64,000 bases of DNA from Candidatus Obscuribacterales bacterium (GCA_965228855.1 CBDDIJ010000003.1:1280001-1344000); one strand, 5' to 3'; numbered from the stretch's first letter, positions 1-10,574 are shown. A program made the numbers and translations. The notes: generated by a model from the letters alone, not told the origin.

Positions 1-1
1 T

Positions 2-562
2 GACTATATGACGATCTCCAACAATATGAGAGTCGGCATAAACAATGCAGCTAATCAGATTCAATCGAGGGTGTCGTCCGGACAGTTGAGCCCTTATCAG
101 GCTTCTGCTCTTCAAAACCAACTGTCGAACATTCAAGCTATGACGTCTCAAGCCGGTGCGGACCGTGTGTTCAGCACAGCCGAAGTTCAGAATTTGTTGG
201 GTAACCTGCAGCAAGTTAACAGTGCGATTGAGAGTTCAAACGGCCTCGCACTCAATCCATACTTCAACGGTGGGTACGTCAACCCTGTGTTCAATAACTA
301 TGGCGCGGTCTCAACCTATCAACAGCAGTTGTTAAACCAGATCAACTCGGCTCGGGTCTCAGACGCTCAACGTCGGGCATGGTTGAATGAATACAATGGT
401 TTTTCACCATACATCAGCCAGAGATACATGCGTGGCGACTATGGAAATAACAAGTATGTGAAGCGTATGGTCCGGTTGCAGCAACAAATTCGTGATAATC
501 AGCGAGTAGCGCATCGCTATGACCGTAACGGCGACGGACGTGTTGACCGGAAATGGAGATAG
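2..562 (+). CDS. Hypothetical Gln/Asn-rich protein, probably 5'-truncated by the window edge
   Basis: Frame is open from position 2; C-terminal DRNGDGRVD resembles a DxDxDG Ca-binding loop. Confidence 0.7.
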   Translation, partial: DYMTISNNMRVGINNAANQIQSRVSSGQLSPYQASALQNQLSNIQAMTSQAGADRVFSTAEVQNLLGNLQQVNSAIESSNGLALNPYFNGGYVNPVFNNYGAVSTYQQQLLNQINSARVSDAQRRAWLNEYNGFSPYISQRYMRGDYGNNKYVKRMVRLQQQIRDNQRVAHRYDRNGDGRVDRKWR

Positions 563-622
563 CCTACAGGCGGACGGTTGTCTAGTGTTTAGTCGATGTC
601 CGTTTGATAGCCAGACAGTTTG

Positions 623-660
623 ACAGAGGCGCGTTTTTCAAAGCGTGCCTCTGTTGTTTA
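623..660. terminator. Intrinsic terminator-like hairpin between convergent genes
   Basis: ACAGAGGCGCGTTT / AAAGCGTGCCTCTGT stem (with G-U pairs) followed by TGTTT. Confidence 0.6.
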
Positions 661-740
661 TTACCCGGTAACCGTATATGGTGGCAGGCTAGTCGCTCGC
701 TCGTGTTCGCACTAGCTGTACACAATACCTGGTTTTACCC

Positions 741-1595
741 TTACGCAGTCAGTACTGTTCTCAATGCCCAGAGATCAGGGAAGCACTTCTTTGTCAGAGT
801 TGAGCGCAGGTAGCCGACGCCTTCGCTTCCGCCTGTTCCCTGCTTGAAGCCGATGATGCGCTCCACCACTGTGACGTGGTGAGTTCGCCACAACATAATT
901 AGCTCGTCGAGATCGATTAGCCTCTCCGCAAAATCGTGGAGGTCTAGATACTTGTCGGGTTCGTCATAGAGCTTCGTTAGTTCGTTAATACGAATCTCCT
1001 GGTTTGGATCCGGCGCACCAGGTTCGATATCAACGCTTCTGGGAAGGTTGAAACCTTTTCGCTCAAGGGCTCTGTAAAACAACTCGCCTAGTGATGGATC
1101 GTTAAACCGTTTCTGAAGTATTTCATAAGCCTCAGTGTCGCGGCTAAAATGCTGGAGCATTCTGGGTTCGCGCAAGCCGGCCATGAATTCTATCTCTCTA
1201 AATTGACTGGATTGAAAACCGCTTGCCGGATTCAGTAAATTTCTGAAACCAAGAAAGTCCTTGGGCGACATCGTTTCCAATATATGAATTTGATTGACCA
1301 ACACGCGGAGAATCTGAACGACACGGCGCATGTAGAACGTCGCTTTTCGAGGGTTATCGTTATTGATCAGGTCAACAACAGTATCCAGTTCGTGCAAGAT
1401 CAATTTAAACCAGAGCTCGTATGTCTGGTGAATTATGATGAACAGTGGTTCATCATGATGCGCTGGATCCGATTTGCAGATTTGCAGTTTCTTTAACTGT
1501 TCGACCATCAAATAACTATTGTAAGTCAGGGGCGTATGCCCGGCACCATATTCGGAACCAGCCGGTTTCGGTGCGTTATCTGAAGTCTTAGTCAT
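741..1595 (-). CDS. kynA: Tryptophan 2,3-dioxygenase
   Basis: HDEPLFIIIHQTYELWFK, ASGFQSSQFREIEF and ERIIGFKQGTGGSEGVGYL are TDO hallmark motifs. Confidence 0.95.
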   Translation of the reverse strand: MTKTSDNAPKPAGSEYGAGHTPLTYNSYLMVEQLKKLQICKSDPAHHDEPLFIIIHQTYELWFKLILHELDTVVDLINNDNPRKATFYMRRVVQILRVLVNQIHILETMSPKDFLGFRNLLNPASGFQSSQFREIEFMAGLREPRMLQHFSRDTEAYEILQKRFNDPSLGELFYRALERKGFNLPRSVDIEPGAPDPNQEIRINELTKLYDEPDKYLDLHDFAERLIDLDELIMLWRTHHVTVVERIIGFKQGTGGSEGVGYLRSTLTKKCFPDLWALRTVLTA

Positions 1596-1617
1596 TTAGT
1601 GGCGTCCTCCGCATTGT

Positions 1618-2814
1618 CTAATTTTTCTTTTTGGTGCCGTACCAGGTTTTCTTCGATTTCTCAACTTTCTTAGCGTCGGTTGATTGTGCTTCAGGTTGAT
1701 CGCCGGATGATGAATCGGCTGCGCCTGATTTGTTCGAATGCTTTTTATCTGCTTTGCCTTTATGAGGGCGGTATGGCTGTGGTGTCATGCCACCATACAA
1801 GGGCAGGACGGAGTCTTTATCTATAGGAGTTCCTTCACAGAGTTTTATGAAATCGTGTGGATTCTTCTTGTGATAGCTATAAGCGAAGGATGACTCAAGA
1901 AGGGCTTTTTCAGCCTTTTTTACTAGAGCCTTGTACGAGATGTGGTGAGTTTCCATCCGAATTTCATTGTTGTTTACTCTAAACACCTTGAAGGCGCAGG
2001 GGTAAGCTATCAGGCTCGGGCAGGAAGCGTAGAATATGCTGCTTTCTTTCTGAATGGCGTTGACCGGTACGTGACCACTGATAACCAGTTTTACATCCGA
2101 GGAACCGGCGAGGATCTCCCGGACACTGGCACCATTGGTGATGTCATGGTCGCTGAACGGTGGACCACCATCGTAGGGGCTCGGCGGCAGTGTCGGGTGG
2201 TGGCTGAAGACAATCGTAAATTGCGAGGCGTGCGTCGCAAGATCCTTTTTCAACCATTGCAATTGCTCATCGCTCACGAAACCGCTTTTGGAATTGTACT
2301 TTGAGGTGTCCAGTCCGATGAGATGGACGTTGTCCGCCAAGTTGTATGACCAGTATGGAGCGCTTATATCGAAGTCTCGACCCTTCCAGTCGGGTCCGAA
2401 CATGCGCATCTTTTCTTGTTCGCTTGATGACGTGATGTCGCATTCCCCAAGAACAAAATCCCATCTGCAATTCAGCGTTTGCATGATGTCGATAAAGAGA
2501 TTCCAATTGACTTCGTCTTTACCCGGTGATTCGATCATGTCGCCCACGAAAACGACGAAATCAAGATTTAAAGAATTGATTGTCTTTACTGCGTCTTGAA
2601 GAAACAGTTGGCTTTCGTTGTACAGGTAATAAGTGTCGTCTACACCGTGTGTGAGGTGCACGTCGCTGATAACAGCGAACGAAAATGGTTTGATTGCAGT
2701 CAACGCCGCGCGAGCTTTTTGTGGAAATCCCAAAGTCGCCGCGGCGAGCATAGATCCCAAAAAATCTCGGCGGCTTATTGCAATTTTGGAGTAACCTTTT
2801 CTCTCAGTTTGCAC
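1618..2814 (-). CDS. Tat-exported calcineurin-like metallophosphoesterase with variant motifs
   Basis: SRRDFL twin-arginine signal; DVH, GD and SHH motifs present; GECD and GHVP replace GNH[DE] and GHxH. Confidence 0.85.
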   Translation of the reverse strand: MQTERKGYSKIAISRRDFLGSMLAAATLGFPQKARAALTAIKPFSFAVISDVHLTHGVDDTYYLYNESQLFLQDAVKTINSLNLDFVVFVGDMIESPGKDEVNWNLFIDIMQTLNCRWDFVLGECDITSSSEQEKMRMFGPDWKGRDFDISAPYWSYNLADNVHLIGLDTSKYNSKSGFVSDEQLQWLKKDLATHASQFTIVFSHHPTLPPSPYDGGPPFSDHDITNGASVREILAGSSDVKLVISGHVPVNAIQKESSIFYASCPSLIAYPCAFKVFRVNNNEIRMETHHISYKALVKKAEKALLESSFAYSYHKKNPHDFIKLCEGTPIDKDSVLPLYGGMTPQPYRPHKGKADKKHSNKSGAADSSSGDQPEAQSTDAKKVEKSKKTWYGTKKKN

Positions 2815-3102
2815 CGTGAACGATTCCTTGTAACTGCTTCAACGGCATTGCAGACCCAATGCTTAACGTCTCTAAACAAGTCAGGAGCAGCGCAGCGATT
2901 TTCGGATCTCTCGCAGGAGCATAGTTTACTTGATTGTGCGCGTTTTTTTTGAACTGCTAATACGAGTTATTCGAGTTGGTCATGAATGTCAGGAATTACC
3001 CTGAGCCCAATCGGAAATCATGCGGTTAGAATTGGAGAATTGATTGCCGCTAAACTGGCAGTTAGGCGTTGGAGTGCAACATCATTCTTTGAGGTAGTCG
3101 TT

Positions 3103-3621
3103 TTGTCAAAAATAGCGGTCGCTGCACTTTTTGCTTCAGTAATAGCTTTCGGTCCGGCTCTAAATGCTGATGCTCAAAAGGGAGTCGGTGTAAAAGTTCA
3201 CGATGGTATCACTGTCAAAGACACCAAGAAGGCTAAGCTCGAAGCGAACACGTATCTTAACGAGGCAGATAAGCTCCGGGTGGCGAATCAGCTGGATCAA
3301 GCGGTCCAAAAGTATCAGAAGGCTATGCGGACTTACCCGATGGAAGCCGATATATACAAAAACCTTGGCGGTACTTATGCGCAAATGGGCAAGTTTCAAG
3401 ATGCTGAAACTACGCTGAAGCAAGGTACCAAACTGTTTCCTAAAGAGTGGTTGATGTGGAACAACTATGCAGTTGTTCTTTTGAACCTCAACAAGAAGGA
3501 AGAGTGTAAAGCGGCTATCAAACAGGCTATGGCGTGCCATCCTCCCGCAGATAAAATCGAGGAGATGAACATAACCTTGAAAACACTGGAAGGCACGAAG
3601 AGCAAAACTGCGACGAAATAG
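3103..3621 (+). CDS. Secreted TPR protein
   Basis: Signal peptide (LSKIAVAALF...ADA) plus about 3 TPR helices; start is probably TTG at 3103 rather than 2986. Confidence 0.8.
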   Translation: MSKIAVAALFASVIAFGPALNADAQKGVGVKVHDGITVKDTKKAKLEANTYLNEADKLRVANQLDQAVQKYQKAMRTYPMEADIYKNLGGTYAQMGKFQDAETTLKQGTKLFPKEWLMWNNYAVVLLNLNKKEECKAAIKQAMACHPPADKIEEMNITLKTLEGTKSKTATK

Positions 3622-3669
3622 TCGCACCTGCTTCAGTTTCGTCTTGTGAAGCGAGCGCTAATTTGTGAG

Positions 3670-4383
3670 TTAGCGCTCCAGAAGTTGCATAATCTCGAGC
3701 CGAGCATTGCGGTCTTCTTTCAAAAGACCGCGTGTCGTCATTGTCGTGGTCATGCTGCCGGGCTTCTTAATGCCTCGGATCGACATACACAGATGCTCGG
3801 CATTCAGGATTACGAGCACACCCTGTGGTTGCAAAGCCTCAACCATTGCATCAGCGATCTCCGCTGTCATGCGCTCCTGAACCTGCAAACGGCGGGCTGC
3901 CAACTCCACTACTCTAGCAATCTTCGATAGACCGGTTATGCGACCATCCTTTGGAATGTAGGCTACATCCGCTTTCCCGACGAAGGGAACCATGTGATGT
4001 TCGCATACGGTCGCAAACGGGATGCCTTTGACGATTACCGGATCTTCGCTGCCCTCTTCGAATTCGCATGTCACTTCCGATGCCGGATTGATGCCGGTTC
4101 CGTACAAAAGCTCACGGTACATGCGTGCCACGCGTGAAGGTGTGTCCAGCAGTCCCGGACGATTGACATCCTCGCCGACTGCCTCAAGTATTAGTTTGAC
4201 TCCCAGAGCCATTTTTTCCATATCTGGTAACTGCTGCGTCTTCGGTAGCTCATTTTTGCCCGGAATCGGCGCACCGGAAGAGTTTGGAGCGAACGAGATG
4301 CAGGTGTTTATGCGCTTGTGACCCTCGCGAGTCGCAGAGTGCTTGGCTTCTGAAAAGATAGTAGAGTCTGGAATTTTGTTCAT
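3670..4383 (-). CDS. folE: GTP cyclohydrolase I
   Basis: CEHH, GLSKIARVV, LQVQER and HLCMSIRG motifs. Confidence 0.95.
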   Translation of the reverse strand: MNKIPDSTIFSEAKHSATREGHKRINTCISFAPNSSGAPIPGKNELPKTQQLPDMEKMALGVKLILEAVGEDVNRPGLLDTPSRVARMYRELLYGTGINPASEVTCEFEEGSEDPVIVKGIPFATVCEHHMVPFVGKADVAYIPKDGRITGLSKIARVVELAARRLQVQERMTAEIADAMVEALQPQGVLVILNAEHLCMSIRGIKKPGSMTTTMTTRGLLKEDRNARLEIMQLLER

Positions 4384-4710
4384 TTGTAGGCTCCTGGTGG
4401 CTTAGTAACCACACGGACAGTTTATCCCTTCTTGGCATCAAAAAAAATTGGATTCGTCGAACTTCATATCAACTGTTAAGCAATTTCACGCATATCGATT
4501 GCATGTTCGGTCGATGCTTAGCAGATTTTAAGCGGTCCTTGGATCATGTCCACGTAAAGTCGCGCTTTTGATCAACGATCCGCTCGAATAGCTTTCTCTC
4601 ATCCTCACAAAAATCGCGCCGCCTCTAGGTATACTGAATACGCCCTTACATGGGCAGGCACTAGGTTGTGTGCGGATAGATATTTCAAAGTTTAGTAAGG
4701 GGATATTGGG

Positions 4711-5196
4711 ATGACGACTGAAACGGCTATGGAGCCTATACATGGATTGGACATTTGCGAAATTAAGGAATTGATTCCGCACCGTTATCCCTTCCTTCTT
4801 GTCGACAGAGTTACCTATGCAGAGCCAGGCGTCAAAGCAATCGGCTACAAAAATTTGACAGCGAACGAGCAATTCTTCGAGGGACATTTCCCGTTCAAAC
4901 CGATTATGCCTGGAGTGCTCATGGTAGAGGCACTGGCGCAACTGGCTTGTATCGCGATTCTCTTGAAGCCCGAATATAAGGATAGCCTCGGTGTCTTCAC
5001 CGGTATCGACGGATTCAAATTCAGAGCGATGGTTGAACCGGGCGATCGGCTCGATATGGAAGTCGAACTTTTGAAGATGAAGGGGCCACTCGGCAAGCTG
5101 AAAGGCATTGCCAAGGTCGGCGACAAAATTGCCTGCCAGGGTGAAATCTCTTTCTCGATTCTCGATAAGAGTAAATTGAAAACCATCAAAGCTTAA
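4711..5196 (+). CDS. fabZ: 3-hydroxyacyl-ACP dehydratase
   Basis: IPHRYPFLLVDRV, FFEGHFP, PGVLMVEALAQ. Confidence 0.97.
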   Translation: MTTETAMEPIHGLDICEIKELIPHRYPFLLVDRVTYAEPGVKAIGYKNLTANEQFFEGHFPFKPIMPGVLMVEALAQLACIAILLKPEYKDSLGVFTGIDGFKFRAMVEPGDRLDMEVELLKMKGPLGKLKGIAKVGDKIACQGEISFSILDKSKLKTIKA

Positions 5197-5260
5197 ACAA
5201 ACCGAGGCGCTAAACCGCCTCTACTTGCCCTTCGAAACACACTCTAGAGGAACAAAGATA

Positions 5261-6130
5261 ATGAGCATTCATCCATCTGCCATCATCAGCGATGGCGCCC
5301 AAATTCATGAAAGCGCAGTCATAGGACCTGGAGTCGTAATCGGTCCAAACGTCAAAATCGGCAAGGGGACTAAGATTGGGCCGCATGCCATCATAGATGG
5401 TGTGACGACGATCGGAGAGGATTGCAATATCTTCGCTGGCGCGAGTATCGGTTTAGAGCCTCAAGATTTGAGCTACAAAGATGAGCCTACCGGTGTAATA
5501 ATCGGCGACCGCTGCACGATTCGCGAGTATGTCACCATTCACAGAGCGACCAAGGAAGGGTTCACCACACTCGGTGACGACAGCTTCTTGATGAACTATG
5601 TTCACCTTGCTCATAACTGCCAGGTCGGTAAGCATGTGATCATGGCTAATGCCGCTTCTCTTGCCGGTTACGTGGAGGTCGGCGACTATACGGTCATGTC
5701 CGGATTCGTGATCATGCACCAGTTTATTCGCATTGGGCGATTCTGCATGTTGAGCGGCATGACCGGTTCGCGTCTGGACTTGCCGCCATTCAGCACACTC
5801 GATGGTCGTCCGGCCATGTTCCGCGGAGTTAATTCCGTCGGCATGAAGCGCGCCAGAATTGCTCCTAACGTCCGTACCGCGATCAAGGAAGCTTACCGGA
5901 TTATTTATCGCTCCGGACTCAATATCTCCAATGCGCTTGCGCGCGTAGAAGAAGAAATCGAGCAGCACGATGAAGTGAAGGAAATTATCGCGTTCTTCCG
6001 CACCACCAAGCGTGGTGTCGCCGGAGCCATGGCCGAAGGCGAAGGTGAAGATGAGGAGGGTGGGATAGTGCCCAGCAAACAGCGCCGTGATTACGGAGCC
6101 CTGACCGAGAGCGGAGCGGGAGCGGTTTAG
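5261..6130 (+). CDS. lpxA: UDP-N-acetylglucosamine O-acyltransferase
   Basis: Hexapeptide repeats, PQDL, IREYVTIHRAT, HLAHNC; follows fabZ; RBS (GAGG) before ATG 5261. Confidence 0.95.
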   Translation: MSIHPSAIISDGAQIHESAVIGPGVVIGPNVKIGKGTKIGPHAIIDGVTTIGEDCNIFAGASIGLEPQDLSYKDEPTGVIIGDRCTIREYVTIHRATKEGFTTLGDDSFLMNYVHLAHNCQVGKHVIMANAASLAGYVEVGDYTVMSGFVIMHQFIRIGRFCMLSGMTGSRLDLPPFSTLDGRPAMFRGVNSVGMKRARIAPNVRTAIKEAYRIIYRSGLNISNALARVEEEIEQHDEVKEIIAFFRTTKRGVAGAMAEGEGEDEEGGIVPSKQRRDYGALTESGAGAV

Positions 6131-6185
6131 CGTTCACGAACAAAGAATTGTTCGAGCTTCCATAAGTTTTTCCGACTAAATGCTG

Positions 6186-6215
6186 AAGACCGGCGTCACG
6201 GCGCCGGTTTTTCTT
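6186..6215 (+). terminator. Intrinsic terminator after lpxA
   Basis: AAGACCGGCGTC / GGCGCCGGTTTT stem followed by a T-run. Confidence 0.7.
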
Positions 6216-6315
6216 ATCCTGGAATATATTAGTCTGCACGAAACCAGTTCGATCCGGCAAGCGAGGATGGGGCTTCGGGTGGTAAAGTAAGTTCTGAGTA
6301 TATGGAATCCGATAC

Positions 6316-7710
6316 GTGACATCTGAACCGACCAACGAGGGCTCTAAAGACGCCCCAACAGGCTACGCCGCGGTCTTGCGCAACCCGCAGTTTATGTCGC
6401 TGTGGATTGCGCAAATCTTCTCTCAGTTTGCTGATCGGGCTGTTTTCGTTCTCTTCGTAGCCGTATTGACGACCATTCAGCATTCGACGATTGCCGGTCA
6501 TTACGTCGGTGCTGCCCAGATTACAAGCTTCCTCTACGTAGCGTTCACCATACCCGCGATTATCTTGAGCCCTATTGCAGGCGTCTATGTCGACCGCTGG
6601 TCAAACAAAGCAGTTCTGGTCGGTTCCAACATCGCGCGCGGCGTTTTTGTCACCATGATTACTTTGTCGTTAGTGCAGAAGTCTCCAATGGCCGCACTGT
6701 CGCTGGCATTTTTGCTGTCAATCGGCAGTCAGTTCTTCGCTCCTGCCGAAGCCGCCGCGATCCCTCGGTTAGTTAAAAAGGACGATTTGTACAGCGCGAA
6801 CTCACTGTTTTTCACGACTATGATGATCGCGCTCGGTTTCGGATTCGCCGTAGGCGACCCAATCATCGCCTCAAGCGGTATTGGTAAGGCACCGTATGCA
6901 GTGGCGGCTGGATTTTTCATTGCCGCCGTTTTGCTCCTATTCGTTCCCGATAGTAAAAAGAAGGTTGTTGTAGACGAAGACGAGAAAGAGCCGTGGTGGG
7001 AAGAATTGCGATTTGGTCTTGCATATATTGCGACCAGTCGAACTGTGTTTCGTGCGATCTTCAAAATCACCATTTTGTTCAGCACGATCATTACGCTGAA
7101 TATCATCGCGGTCGGGCTTGCTGAGCAGGTCTTGGACTTGAAGCCGCAGCAATTCGGCTACATCGTAGCGGCCGCCGGATTGGGTATGGGTGTTGGGAAT
7201 GTTCTTGTTGCGCAGTTCTGTACGCGCATGCGTCCCACCATACTTGCTTATCGTGGATTCATTTGCCTTGGGCTGTTCATGAGCGTTTTGGGCACGCTCG
7301 GTTTTGTTAAAGATCACGCGCCTGCCGTATTGCACATTCCAAACTTCACTTATCAAAACTCTCTGATTGCGGTTCCTTTATTGATAGCCATGCTGATTGG
7401 CGCTTCCTGTGCAATGGTTGCGGTGCCGACGTATGCCGCTCTGCAAGCTGCTGTGCCTGAGGATTTGCGCGGCAAAGTTTTCGGCGCTCAAAACACGGCC
7501 ATGTCATTTGCATCTACAATTCCGGTCGTTCTTGTCGGCGTGGCAGCAGATAACTTGCCGGGTGGGGTTTCGACGACCTTGTTCATGATTGGCTTACCGA
7601 CACTGTTTGCGGGTTGGCACTTCCTGCGCGATGAAATCAAACACTATCAGCTCGAAGCCAAAGAAGCAGAGGAAACCGCGCACGCCCATTCCAACGCCGA
7701 GACCGGCTAA
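6316..7710 (+). CDS. MFS transporter (H+ antiporter/DHA3-like, cyanobacterial type)
   Basis: About 12 hydrophobic segments; AGVYVDRW; QFFAPAE; VPEDLRGKVFG. Confidence 0.9.
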   Translation: MTSEPTNEGSKDAPTGYAAVLRNPQFMSLWIAQIFSQFADRAVFVLFVAVLTTIQHSTIAGHYVGAAQITSFLYVAFTIPAIILSPIAGVYVDRWSNKAVLVGSNIARGVFVTMITLSLVQKSPMAALSLAFLLSIGSQFFAPAEAAAIPRLVKKDDLYSANSLFFTTMMIALGFGFAVGDPIIASSGIGKAPYAVAAGFFIAAVLLLFVPDSKKKVVVDEDEKEPWWEELRFGLAYIATSRTVFRAIFKITILFSTIITLNIIAVGLAEQVLDLKPQQFGYIVAAAGLGMGVGNVLVAQFCTRMRPTILAYRGFICLGLFMSVLGTLGFVKDHAPAVLHIPNFTYQNSLIAVPLLIAMLIGASCAMVAVPTYAALQAAVPEDLRGKVFGAQNTAMSFASTIPVVLVGVAADNLPGGVSTTLFMIGLPTLFAGWHFLRDEIKHYQLEAKEAEETAHAHSNAETG

Positions 7711-7985
7711 AGCCTGGCTAAAACCTGCTTCGGAACGATTTTCGGATTCGGCGACTCGGACCGCGCACCTTGCCGAGGTGAGTTTGAATTCTTAAACGGA
7801 GTTTAATTTAAGGGACGTCTGAATATTTCAACGTGGTTTCAGGTCCCAGGCTGATCTCAAGACATTGTTAAGGCTGAGCGCGAAACCCTTAATGGTGCTT
7901 AAGATCTGAAAATGTATTGGTTTTAAAGCGGCATCTGTCTTTACACTATATAGGCGTGGGATAGTCCCTGTTTGCTTCGGTCATT

Positions 7986-9365
7986 ATGCGAAATAGAATC
8001 ATCTTAATAACACTGGCAGTGCTCGTCTGGGCAGGTTTGAAGACAATCGATAACCTGGTAACAGGGCCGGAGTTGCTCTTCCTGCTTGCTGGTCTTGTAG
8101 TGATGATGATCAGCCATAGCGTATGGCTCTTTGGCGCTCAGGACGAATGGCAGAAGAAAGCTCGCAGGTATGTGCGCACGACAGTGCGAAAGCAGTATCC
8201 GCGGGTCCGTAAGCTGCTGAAAAACAAAACCCGCGTTGAAGACGGTGATTGGCACCCGTGGGTGGACATCTTCATATCGGCTAAGAACGAAGGTCGGGTC
8301 ATCGGAAACACCGTGAAGCGGATGTTCGAGATTGATTATGACCAGTTTTACCTCTGGGTTATTGACGATATGTCGGACGATGACATGCCGGAGGTCCTGA
8401 ATGAACTGCGGAAGCAATACCCGCGCTTGCGTGTGGTCACTCGTCCTCCGGGCTCGTTCCCCGGTAAATCGGCGGCTTTGAATGACGCTCTTGCTCTTTC
8501 GAGGGGCGAGGTAGTCGCCGTATTCGATGCTGATGCTTATGTGGACCCGGACTTCTTCAAGAAAGTATTGCCTACTCTGGCTCCCGAGCATGTTGGAGCC
8601 GTACAGGCTCAAAAACGGATTTTCGAGCGGCAGACCGAGGCGCTGCCTCGATTCCAGGACGCGGAGTACGCGCTCGACACTTACTTCCAGGTCGGACGAG
8701 ATTTGATTGGTGGAGCAGTCGAACTGCGTGGAAACGGTCAGCTGATCAAACGTAATGCGCTTATTGACGTAAACGGCTGGAATAACAAATCAATTACTGA
8801 CGACCTCGACCTGAGTATGCGTCTGTTGATCAACAACTGGGATATTCGATTCTGTCCGCAGGCAGCGGTTTGGGAAGAAGGTGTGACGACCGTCAAGGCG
8901 TTGATGCGTCAGCGTCGCAGATGGGCTGAGGGCAGCATAAGACGCTACCTCGATTACATCTTCCCTTTGAATTCGCCTACCAGACTGTCTCTAGTCGAGC
9001 GGCTTGATACCCTGGTGTTTACTGTTTATTTCCTGGTACCCGCAGTAGTGTTTCTGGAATTCACAAATAACGTCATTCGATTTATGACCGGAACTCAGAC
9101 CTATGGCAGTTTCCTGGCCCTGGGCTATTTCTTCGTGCTCCTTATCAGTCAGGTCAATCTCTTTATCGCAGTTCGTCTATATAGAGGAATGCCCCCAGTC
9201 AAGGCGTATTTTCATTCGATAGCCGTGACGCTCTATGTTTACGCGCACTGGGTGCCGTGCATCCTGGCCTCGTTCAGTCAGATTCTTTTCGGTAAGCAGG
9301 TCTCGACCTGGCATAGAACTGCGCATCACGGTCATGCAGCAGAAGAAATGGAAGTTGCTGCCTAG
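7986..9365 (+). CDS. mgdA: GT2 glycosyltransferase, monoglucosyldiacylglycerol synthase-like
   Basis: GKSAALN, FDADA, ELRGNGQ, ITDDLDL and QRRRWAEG..RYLDY match cyanobacterial MgdA as I recall it; N- and C-terminal TM segments. Confidence 0.75.
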   Translation: MRNRIILITLAVLVWAGLKTIDNLVTGPELLFLLAGLVVMMISHSVWLFGAQDEWQKKARRYVRTTVRKQYPRVRKLLKNKTRVEDGDWHPWVDIFISAKNEGRVIGNTVKRMFEIDYDQFYLWVIDDMSDDDMPEVLNELRKQYPRLRVVTRPPGSFPGKSAALNDALALSRGEVVAVFDADAYVDPDFFKKVLPTLAPEHVGAVQAQKRIFERQTEALPRFQDAEYALDTYFQVGRDLIGGAVELRGNGQLIKRNALIDVNGWNNKSITDDLDLSMRLLINNWDIRFCPQAAVWEEGVTTVKALMRQRRRWAEGSIRRYLDYIFPLNSPTRLSLVERLDTLVFTVYFLVPAVVFLEFTNNVIRFMTGTQTYGSFLALGYFFVLLISQVNLFIAVRLYRGMPPVKAYFHSIAVTLYVYAHWVPCILASFSQILFGKQVSTWHRTAHHGHAAEEMEVAA

Positions 9366-10184
9366 GTCAGGTACTGTTAAAACACAGTTGCAAAACTCTG
9401 ATTGCTGCGGTTTCTTCGGCTGGTCAACCGGACTTGTGGTGGCACCTCCATTGCCATTACGGATGGTGTGACAAAGACATTTGTGAGTTTCCGAACCGGC
9501 ATCATCTGCGGTATCAACTGCTATCCATAGCGATGGTGTCACTGCGGCTTCGCCGGCGGTATCACATGCTTACCTTCGACCTTGCCAAGCGAAGCCTGTC
9601 TGCTCTGATGTCTGATGTGCTTGATATCTTCTGGCGGAATTTTTAAGCCGGAAACTATCTGTTGAAAACATATTGTCATGAGGTCCGATGCGCTTTTGAG
9701 TCTCTGGTTTTTGACGACTTCGTTACAAGAGTCCAGGACGGGAAAAAATTGAAAGGTTTGGCTGCCAAGCATCTAAAACGCCCATAGGGAAGGGGCTCAG
9801 AATGTTTTAGAGCTGCGGATAATATTGCCTGCTGATTAATTTTCAAAATTCTTTTTTGCGAGTTTTCGCGAAAAAACGGAATACTTGGCATCGCCCGTGG
9901 AGTCATGAAAAGGCCGACTGTATCACTACTATGACATCCGAAAGTATGTCAGCGTGCCGCCTTGCGGACATACCACTTTGAAAGTGCATCCGAGCAAACA
10001 AACTTTTTACATGCCCGCGAAATGCTTAAATGGCAGCATTGATGAGGATTCCTGCGACATATTTGCAAAATTCAAAATAGTGAATATGGACCTATAGAAG
10101 AAAATGGGTACAATTGTTGGGTCCGGGACTGAAAGGTTCCAGCGGAAAGTTGGTCAATCCTTTACTAGATAGATGGAGAAGTGC

Positions 10185-10574
10185 ATGTTCAAGAAGATCG
10201 CGTCCTCTTTTTTAATCGCATCGGCCCTCGTTGGCTCGATTGCAGCACCGTCACTCGCCGATGACAGCACCTTCCAGACGATCGTGTACTTCCCCGTGAG
10301 AGTACTCGGTGCTGGAGTAGGTTCCGTAGTGGGCGTTCCGCTCGGCTTCACGAAAGACGGTACACGTGGCTATATCAAAGGCACCCAATGGGTAGCCGGC
10401 AAACTCGGTAACGAAGACGGCAAATATCATCAAATCGCCGGCGGAATCCTCGGTGGTCCTTTCGGACTCGTCGGTGGTGGCGCATACGGTGTATTCGATG
10501 GCACATGGCACGGTCTCAAGACCGGTTTCGATCAACCGTTCAGCAAAGAAGCATTCACATTCAAAGACGAGTAA
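10185..10574 (+). CDS. Secreted glycine-zipper protein, paralogue 1 of 4
   Basis: Signal peptide, GxxxG runs, HGxKTGFDQPFS; GGAG RBS. Confidence 0.85.
   Translation: MFKKIASSFLIASALVGSIAAPSLADDSTFQTIVYFPVRVLGAGVGSVVGVPLGFTKDGTRGYIKGTQWVAGKLGNEDGKYHQIAGGILGGPFGLVGGGAYGVFDGTWHGLKTGFDQPFSKEAFTFKDE

Noticed and set aside
9177..9906. Short ORFs on both strands between mgdA and the glycine-zipper operon
   Set aside because: No recognisable motifs; readthrough of the TGA at 9539-9541 hits a stop within six codons.
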